Below are positions 1-9,192 of a stretch of DNA of 64,000 nt, piece by piece. The first letter of the stretch is position 1. Every line of letters begins with the position of its first letter. The stretch is from Amphiscolops sp. MND2022 (lineage: Eukaryota): contig OZ076409.1 of the NCBI GenBank assembly GCA_964187785.1, forward strand, positions 71,116,001 to 71,180,000, written 5' to 3'. Under the pieces are notes generated by a model. That model did not search any database and had not been told where the DNA came from. It was given only the letters and a program-made list of their open reading frames with translations. Both the position numbers and the translations under genes were made by a program.

Positions 1-34
1 TCCGAAACCTCAACCAACATAATCGTTACCTTAT

Positions 35-78
35 GATAGCCTTTCAAGTTGGCCTGGTGTCAACTTGGAAGGGCTATC
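35..78. other. Class A subterminal hairpin GATAGCCTTTCAAGTTG-N9-CAACTTGGAAGGGCTATC (one copy per A unit)
   Basis: 17-bp stem with one G.T pair and one bulged base, ~325 bp upstream of the core in each A unit. Confidence 0.85.
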
Positions 79-401
79 CTTCAAAAATCGTTAATCAAGT
101 GTGTTTTTGGGTATGTTTTTATCATTTTAGAATCAATTAGAGCTCCAAGAAAAGTTTGCCAACGACAAAAACTATGTCGTGATGATTCCGTTATTAGAAT
201 GATGGTTAACAAAATGTTGATAAAGTTGATTTTTTACATTTCAAATGTGTCCTAAAAGCCAGAAAACCTCTTTACCAAAAAAAATGGTATTGATTGAATT
301 GTATATAACAGGTAATAAAAGTTCAAATTGATTATTACGTTTCATTATTCAAGCTAAAACTTCATAACATAGTTTAATTAACGTCAACGCCACACACTTT
401 A

Positions 402-498
402 CATCAACGCCCACCGTCTGTGGGCATGCCGAGGCATGCCCTTCGACGACGTATGACAAATCCATATCAAACGACGCCCGTACATCCCGGGCTAGGTG
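402..498 (+). other. Representative unit terminus: conserved core with hairpin GGGCATGCC-GA-GGCATGCCC (422-441), variable tail (455-491) and CTAGGTG junction; putative recombination or termination site
   Basis: The same architecture closes all 31 junction-bearing units. The functional role is inferred. Confidence 0.8.
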
Positions 499-2693
499 GA
501 GGTTATTTTATAATAATTAATGTGTTTTTTTCCGGAGTTTGTGGCTTTGGAAAAAACAAAAGGCGAGAAATTGGGCACTCCGGGCTGAACCGTATACACT
601 CAAAATTCGCCCAATATTTATACGATCTCGAAACCCAGCCGTACGATTTGGCTGAAAATTTGCATGCGGCTAAAAAAGCAGATTCTAAGAACTATTTCCT
701 GCTGACATTTTTTTGAAATTTTTGTGTACGTTTCCCCCCCGCCCCCTAAAGGGGTCAATTTTCCCCAATTTTGCACTTATGAGTCAAATTCTCAAAACTG
801 GTGGATCTGAGCGTGTTCCCGGCGGGGACAACTTTTAACAAGCGCTCTTCAGTAGACCTGTTTGACTTTTTACTTTGGTGGTACGTTCACCCCCCAAGGA
901 GGAAATGATGTTTTTGTGACTTCCGGTCGAGACTTTTTTCACCCAAAAAATCGAAATTAGCCAGTTTTGAGCAGGAAGGAGTGGATTTAAAGTGTCTGTA
1001 CCCTGCTAAAAATTTGTTGGGCGTGTGGCGGCACATCTAATACCAAAACCGGTTTTCACCCCCAAACCCCCCTTGTGACCAAAATTCACCCAACTTTTTT
1101 TTACCTCTGTTTGTAGTTTTTTTTACGAATTTTCGTCTTTTCAATCGGTGAAGAGTTGAATTAGGGGCTGCTGATAGGTTACCAAAGTTCAAGTACACTT
1201 GGAGTGCAACTGAGTGACCCTTTTTGGGCCTCTCGTGTGTTCGGCAATGACCGGAAGTGCTATAAACCCCCCTTTTTTGACGTTTGTTGACCTTCATACT
1301 CGCGCTTAGATGAAGTTTATATCGCGCAAATCCTACAAACCAGTATTAGGATGACATGCTAGCCAACTAGAGAGCAATAAGGAAAACTATACTATACCGG
1401 AAGTAACCCCCCTTGACCGGAAGTTGTCATTTTTGACCGGAAATTGTCCAAAACCTAGCGTGAGAGCAGTTTTTCATTGCTTATAAAGTCAACTTTTTAC
1501 TTTTTTCAATCTGCGCGAGCTTGGCTTCAGGTTCGTTAGTGTTGCCCGTGCACACTGCAACAAATATACATCTGTAAAATTTTCGCTATAATATTGTCGG
1601 AGAGAGAAATAACGGGTTTTTGGGATTTTTTTTTTCAAAAATATTAGTCTATGTCTGTCATTTTTACCCAACGTTATTGAACAGTAGAACCACAGGGGTT
1701 AGTCTTTGCCCAAATATATGCCTAACAAAACCACTTGTCCCAGTGGTTGCAGTTTGAGCGTTCTAGCTTTGCCTGGTCACAAGTTAGGGGACTTGAAAAA
1801 GTTTCCAAATTATTTCCGAAGTTTTTTTCTAAACGTCACGTCTCCCAAAGTTAGGAAACTTCCTCACAACTACGACTACAAGTGAATGCATGTGGTAAGA
1901 CCTATAAATGGAGATAAAAACTCCGTTTAAAACGTCTCTTTATCGTAACGTGACGTTAAGAGGTGTTGCTTTGAATATGAGTTTGTTAAAGCGTCGAGAA
2001 AAAAAAGTGTGTAAATGGAATCTTTGTCTCGATAAATAATCATCACAATACATGCGATGAACCCCAATTACCCTCAGTTTCAGTTGCTTAGTACATCAAC
2101 GTCTTTTAAGGACCTTTTATCTATTTTGAAAAGTGTCGAAATCATCATTAATATCAGTTATCAAGAAACACTTGAGTACATTCTCATCTCTCCCCATCGG
2201 GTGAGATGAGAATGTTCTTGCTAAAAGCCAGGTACTACGGCTCCCTTTTGTTTTAATGCGATGCATTCTCTGCTTTAGCACATAGATATTTTATTTCACC
2301 TGATTGTTTGTATACTCTCTGACTTGCTGTTACAAATCTCTCGTCATTACTTTACATAAATATACAACCAAAAATCATTATCGTCAACGCCACATACATT
2401 TAGACGCCCACCATTCCGTAGGTAAGTCGAGGCATACCATTCGATTACGTATGTCAAAACGCAAACGCGATAAAAAGTGGTGAAAATCTGAAACAGAGAC
2501 AAACAATTTTGACTATTTGACATATGGTAGGTTTTAATATGGGAGTTACACATCACTGACATTTCACAACATTCCAGCTGACGCCCACATACCAACATCA
2601 ACGCCCACCGTCCGTGGGCATGCCGAGGCATGCCCTTCGACGACGTATGCCAATTTCTGTATATCTACACCCAATTGCGGTAGCGGCTAGGTG
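499..2693 (+). repeat. Class B unit (2195 bp, single copy), containing an extra degenerate core at ~2381-2453
   Basis: Unique body. Hairpin GAGTACATTCTCATCTC...GAGATGAGAATGTTCTT at ~2174-2219, intact core from 2596, junction ends 2693. Confidence 0.9.
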
Positions 2694-3966
2694 GCCGGAA
2701 ATTTTTTTTTTCAGCAAAATCTTTGCCATTGGGGGAGGGGCCCCGGATGGCCAGTAGTACGGGATAGCTTCCTACCAAATCCAGATGGAAAAAACGTGAT
2801 TTCGGAAACTAGCCGTCAGAATTTGCTCAAATTTTGCATACGGCTTCCTATGACAATCCTAAGAACTAATCCCTACTGGCATTTTGCCCAAAAAACGCAA
2901 AAAGTTGGTCAAAATCTTAGTTTTTTGGTCAAAAAATGACGTTTTTTCGAAAAAATTTTTTTTCAGAGACAATTACTCGTAACTGGTTCACCCAGCGCAA
3001 AAACGCCTAGCTGATTTATTGTTGGGCACTTCATGAGGAGTGCGTATACAAATTTTCGTCCAAATCGGATAAAAGTTGATTGAGAAATAACTGAAAATTT
3101 GAGGCATTTTTTTGGAAATTTTTGAAATCCCAGTCTATCTCTGCCGTTTTTTGCCCAGATTTTTTTCCAGACACTCTCCTAAAGACCTCCCCTGGCCGGT
3201 TTACCTCCCAGCAAAACCATTTGGCCCTAAATACGGAGTTTCAGCATTCCTGCAAACCCCGGGTAAAAGATAAATGACTTAGAATTTTTTCGAAAAATTT
3301 TCAAAAATTTTTTTTTTCAAATTCAGGCCTCCTAAAGTCAAGAAACTTCCACACAACTAGGATTGCAAGTGATAGCATGTGGAAAGTGCTTGAATAGACG
3401 AGAAAAATGAGCTATCATACGACTCAGTAGCTTAACCTGACGTTGACTTATGATAGTTTTAGTGTGAGCTTCGTATGTGCTGAAAAAATCAAAGAAACCT
3501 AAAAGTCTTTTAAAAGTAATCAGAATACGTCCAATGAACCACAGAGCTGTTAAATTGCCGTTGTGCAGTGGAGCAACACCATTTAGAGTGTTTTGACCCA
3601 TTTTGATAAGTTTTGATACGGTCTTGTTCATCTGATAGCACAAAACAGTTGAGTACATTCCATCTCTCCCCTTGTGGGGGAGATGAGAATGTACTCGCTA
3701 AAAGTCAGGTACTATAGCACCCATTTTGTTTTGTTCGACGCTAGTGATGCTATTGCACACGAATACAATAGTTTTGTCAAATCATGTTTATCATGATGAA
3801 TCTTACTATACCTTTAGTGTACGTTAAGCTACTACTACAACATCGCATCCGTAACGTCAACGCCACATACTCGCATCAACGCCCACCGTCCGTGGGCATG
3901 CCGAGGCATGCCCTTCGACGACGTATGCCAAATAGCGCCACAGGGCGCAAACATTCCCGCTAGGTG
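2694..3966 (+). repeat. Class C unit, copy 1 (1273 bp)
   Basis: Closely similar to 11769-13038. Hairpin 3651-3696; tail GCCAAATAGCGCCACAGGGCGC. Confidence 0.92.
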
Positions 3967-5940
3967 CGGGGGGGAAACCCCATCCCTTATCTTGGAGGAT
4001 TCGGGTAGGGTCCTGAATCCGAGTTCAGTGCCGCCAGCTCTCAGTAGAAATCTGGGAAATTTTTTGCGATCTCGTGATCTAACCATAGGATTTTAAAGTT
4101 GGAGCGGCCCCCACCAGATTTTCCAAAGTTATTCGCCCCCCACCGGGTTCCAGCGTGATTGAAATATTCTGACGGGGTACACGGGCGACCGTTAGGGGTC
4201 ATTTTGGGGGTAAAATTTATATCCGGTCGCATAATTTTTTTCCTGTTGGTTTAAAACTTTGGGACCCTGCTAAAAGTTTCTTGACCGTGTTGCGGGGGCT
4301 CCGGAGGTCCAAACCAAATTTTTCTATCTTGAAGCTATCTCCAAGTACCCCCCCGCCCAAACCGTTATTTTTCCGGAAACGCAGGTTTTTGACCCGGAAG
4401 GAGTCGTCTGAGCGCGGGGTCGTTAGGTGATGTATTGGGGACGGCCTTGAGACGAAGCGGGGGATATATAGTTTGCCGACCCCAGTTTACCCCCCGGACG
4501 GGAAATGACCGTTATATGAGCGGGAAAAATGCCCCCCTCCACGTTTTACCGCTATTTCCGGTGTGAAGGAGTGGGAGTAGCGCGTCGGGTGTTATATAAC
4601 AAAAGTAGGTTTAGACAAGGACCTATCGGAAACATGTAGTTTGGGACCCCCTGGACCAACCCGTTAGCGGGAAATGGGGCTTCCGCCTCCTTTTTTTACT
4701 GCTAAAACCGTAAAATGGGCATTGAGGGGTAAATATCTCGTGAACGCGTGGAGCAATCGTGTCCATCACTACTACAAGGTTTCATACCCATGATATGGTG
4801 CCTTCAGGGGGGCAAACAGATTTCCGCTATCTATCACCGTTACCGACTTGGCCCCCCAGCCTAACCGCTATGTGACCGGAAATGTCCATTTTTGAGCCCA
4901 AAGGGTCGGTCCCAGCCGGGGAACGTTAGGTAACTTATTGTAGTACTCAATGAGACGAGTTTGGGGATATAGTTTCAGTCACCCCCCGTTACCCCTTGGG
5001 ACCGGAAATGACCGTTATGTGGGTAAAATTACGATTTTTGTACTTTTTGAAGGGCAATTAGGTGCGGAAGGAGTGGTAATAGGTGCTTGTACACTATATG
5101 AGGTAAGGGAGGACGTGAGGCGAGCATTCGGAAATAACCGTTATGTTGACCCTAAAGTCCCCCTGGTACCGGAAGTGACCGGAAATGGTCAAATTTTGTG
5201 TCTATTGAGTACAAATGTTTGGTGTTTTATGAATAAAAGTACCTATTAGGTGTTTCGACGGTCTGCAGTAGTGAACATAGTCATGAAACCTTACGGGGGG
5301 TAACGGTATATAGCACCGGAAGTCCAAACCGTTGGAGACAGGATAGGTTTTTTGGTTTTAAAATGTCTTTCGGCGTACTTTTGTTGACTATTATGGACTA
5401 TTTTTAAAAATTAAAGTTTTTCCATATAGTTTCAGAGACTCCGAAACCTCAACCAACATAACCGTTACCTTATGATAGCCTTTCAAGTTGGCCTGGTGTC
5501 AACTTGGAAGGGCTATTCTTCAAAAATCATTAATCAAGTGTGTTTTTGAGTATGTTTGTATTACTTTAGAATCAATTAGAGCTTCAAGAAAAGTTTGCCA
5601 ACGATAAAAACTATGTCGTGATGATTCCGTTATTAGAATAATAGTTAACAAAATATTGATAAAGTTGATTTTTTACATTTTAAATGTGTCCTAAAAGCCA
5701 GAAAACCTCTTTAACAAACAAATGGTATTGATTGAATAGTATATATCAGGTAATAAAAGTTCAAATTGGTTTTTACGTTTCATTATGCAAGCTGAAACGT
5801 CATATTATAGTTTCATTAACGTCAACGCCACATACTTTACATCAACGCCCACCGTCTGTGGGCATGCCGAGGCATGCCCTTCGACGACGTATACCAAATT
5901 CCTCCAACACAACACCCCCGAGCGCGGTAGCAGCTAGGTG
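3967..5940 (+). repeat. Class A unit (1974 bp)
   Basis: Starts CGGGGGGGAAACCCC after GGTG; aligns by eye with all other A units. Confidence 0.95.
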
Positions 5941-7217
5941 GCCGTGTCTTTTCGACGTGCTTTTGCATTGAGGAGTGGGTAGGGCCCCGCGACGACCTAG
6001 AAGAATTGGATGCTCACCGAAACGTGCAGAATTCTACGAGATCTCATAGTTTGAGCCATACGATTTTTCTGAAATTTGGCATGTGGCCTGGAATTGGTGA
6101 GTAGGTAAAACGTGTAGAAGGTAATTTTTCCCAAATTCCACTGTGAGAGGAGATATGGGCAAATAACGGACCCAAAAATGGGGAAAATGCACTTTTTTCA
6201 AGTTTGTCAGCCAAAATCTCATTTCCAGGTGCCCGTAGCGTCCCGCACGTGGACGTCAATATTGCTCAACGCTGTTAGAGGAGTGCGTGGACAAATTTTG
6301 GTTGAAATCGGACGAAAACGTGAGGAGAAATTAACGGTTTTCCGGGTGTTTCCGGGTTAAAATTTTTAACGGTCCAGCTTATCTTTGCCATTTTTTCGAA
6401 AATGTACTTGCCTAAAGGCCTCCCCCTGGCCGAATTTCCTCCCAGCAAACCCATTTGGCCCTAAATACGGAGTTTCAGCGTTCCAGCATTTCCGGGCGAA
6501 AAGTTGTGGGACTTAGAAAAATTTCAAAATTTTTCAAAAATTTTTTTTTCGTTTTCCGGGCCCCCAATGAAGGGGAACGACCCCCCAACCAGTATTTTGA
6601 GTGATTGCATATCGAAAGCCCTTGTTTTGACGAGAAAAATACCGTTTCGAACATCTTTTTATTTTAACTTGGCGTTGACTTATGACGTTTTGAATGTGAT
6701 GTTAGGATGTGTGAGGCATGTGAAAAGTTGATGTTTTGAGTCTTTATCTCATGTGAAAGCGATTGAGATACAAGCTGTTTCGCTCAAAACGGGTTTCATC
6801 GTAATTTCGCAGTGCATCATTGACCTTTGTTGTCTTTTGAAGAATTTTTTCTTCATATAACAACAATTTTGGTGTGTTTCTTCCAATTTTTCTCATCTTC
6901 TAATTTGAAACAGTTGAGTACATTTCATCTCCCTTTCGGGGGAGATGAGAATGTACTCGCTAAAAACCTAGTGCTTTTGCGCCGCAATGTTTGCAAAAGT
7001 TGTTATTATTGCTGTTCCATCAGCATTTTCTAACTGACTTTTTTAAAACTATCAATTAACTTGAAGTACATTACTTGAACTTACTACTAATACCATACAT
7101 CTCTAACGACAACGCACCCTGCTTGCATCAACGCCCACCGTCCGTGGGCATGCCGAGGCATGCCCTTCGACGACGTATGCCAAATACCAAATGCCACGCT
7201 GTCATTCTCGCTAGGTG
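5941..7217 (+). repeat. Class D unit (1277 bp, single copy; related to C and E)
   Basis: Shares the block CCCAGCAAA(A/C)CCATTTGGCCCTAAATACGGAGTTTCAGC and the GAGTACATT...AATGTACTC hairpin (6916-6958) with C and E. Its head and tail are unique. Confidence 0.9.
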
Positions 7218-9192
7218 CGGGGGGGTAACCCCTACAAAGATATTGGAGGATTCGGGTAGGGTCCTGAATCCGAGTTCAGTGCTGCCAGCTATCGTTAAGG
7301 GATTTTAGAAAATTTTGCCGATCTCGTGATCTAACCGTAGGATTTTAAAGTTGGAGCGGCCCCCACCAGATTTTCCAAAGTTATTCGCCCCCCACCGGGT
7401 TCCAGCGTGATTGAAATATTTTGACGGGGTACACGGGCGACCGTTAGGGGTCATTTTGGGGGTAAAATTTATATCCGGTCGCATAACTTTTTTCCTGTTG
7501 GTTTAAAACTTTGGGACCCTGCTAAAAGTTTCTTGACCGTGTTGCAGTGGCTCCGGATGTCCAAACCAAATTTTTCTATCTTGAAGCTATCTCCAAGTAC
7601 CCCCCCGCCCAAACCGTTATTTTTCCGGAAACGCAGGTTTTTGACCCGGAAGGAGTCGTCTGAGCGCGGGGTCGTTAGGTGATGTATTGGGGACGGCCTT
7701 GAGACGAAGCGGGGGACATGTAGTTTGCCGACCCCAGTTTAACCCCCGGACGGGAAATGACCGTTATTTGAGCGGGAAAAATGCCCCCCTCCACGTTTTA
7801 CCGCTATTTCCGGTGTGAAGGAGTGGGAGTAGCGCGTCGGGTGCCATATATCAAAAGTAGGTTTAGACAAGGACCTGTCGGAAACATGTGGTTTGGGACC
7901 CCCTGGTCCAACCCGTTAGCAGGAAATGGGGCTTCCGCCTCCTTTTTTTACTGCTAAAACCGTAAAATGGACATTGAGGGGTAAATATCTCGTGAACGCG
8001 TGGAGCTACAGTGTCCATCACTACTACAAGGTTTCATACCCATGATATGGTGCCTTCAGGGGGGCAAACAGATTTCCGCTATCTATCACCGTTACCAACT
8101 TGGCCCCCCAGCCTAACCGCTATGTGACCGGAAATGTCATTTTTTGAGCCCAAAGGGTCGGTCCCACCCGGGGAACGTTAGGTAACTTATTGTAGTACTC
8201 AATGAGACGAGTTGGGGGACATAGTTTCAGTCACCCTCCGTTACCCCTTGGGACCGGAAATGACCGTTATGTGGGTAAATTTGCAAGTTTTATACTTTTT
8301 CAAGTGTATTTAGGTGCGGAAGGAGTGGTAATAGGTGCTTGGACACTATATGAAGGAAGGGAGGACGTGAGGCGAGCTTTCGAAAATAACCGTTATGTTG
8401 ACCCCGAAGTCCCCCTGGTACCGGAAGTGACCCGTAATGGTCAAATGTCGTGTTTTTAGGGTACAAATGTTTGGTGTTTTATGGATAACAGTGCCTATTA
8501 GGTGTTTCGACGGTCTGCAGTCGTGAACATAGTCATGAAACCTTGTGGGGGGTAACGGTATATAGCACCGGAAGTCCAAACCGTTGGAGACTGGATAAGT
8601 TTTTTGGTTTTAAAATGTCTTTCGGCCTACTTTTGTCGACTATTGTGGACTATTTTTCGAAAATAAAGTTTTTCCATATAGTTTCAGAGACTCCGAAACC
8701 TCAACCAACATAACCGTTACTTTATGATAGCCTTTCAAGTTGGCCTGGTGTCAACTTGGAAGGGCTATCCTTCAAAAATCATTAATCCAGTGTGTTTTTG
8801 AGTATGCTTGTTTTACTTTAGAATCAATTAGAGCTTCAAGAAAAGATTGCCAACGACAAAAACTATGTCGTGATGATTCCGTTATTAGAATAATAGTTGC
8901 CAAAATGTTGATAAAGTTGATTTTTTACATTTCAAATATGTCCTAAATGCCAGAAAACCTCTTTACCAAACAAATGGTATTGACTGAATTGTATATAGCA
9001 GCTAATAAAAGTTCAAATTGAATATTACGTTTCATTATGCAAGCTGAAATGTCATATTATAGTTTAATTACCGTCAACGCCACATACTTTACATCAACGC
9101 CCACCGTCTGTAGGCATGCCGAGGCATGCCTTTCGACGACGTATACCAGATTCCACCCACACAACACCCCCGAGCGCGGTAGCAGCTAGGTG
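7218..9192 (+). repeat. Class A unit (1975 bp)
   Basis: A-type body; the core carries the AGG...CCT hairpin variant at 9112-9131. Confidence 0.95.

Larger units (their letters stand above)
1..498 (+). repeat. 3' part of a class A unit (array continues left of the window)
   Basis: Matches the distal ~500 bp of other A units, e.g. 14512-15009: hairpin 35-78, core 402-454, CTAGGTG 492-498. Confidence 0.95.

Noticed and set aside
402..498. 5S rRNA, tRNA or spliceosomal snRNA gene as the conserved core
   Set aside because: No recognisable 5S sequence, cloverleaf, or A/B boxes. An Sm-like ATTTGG on the minus strand before the hairpin is present in some tails but missing in others (F units, 54761), so a U7- or SL-like RNA is unsupported, though an Rfam search is still worthwhile.
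402..498. Self-cleaving ribozyme (hammerhead, HDV-like, pistol), as in retrozyme arrays
   Set aside because: I could not find the catalytic core motifs (e.g. CTGATGA...GAAA with flanking stems) on either strand of the conserved block.
3967..5940. TIR DNA transposon or LTR element as the unit
   Set aside because: Unit ends are not inverted repeats of each other, and there is no TG...CA, TSD, poly(A) tail or coding remnant.
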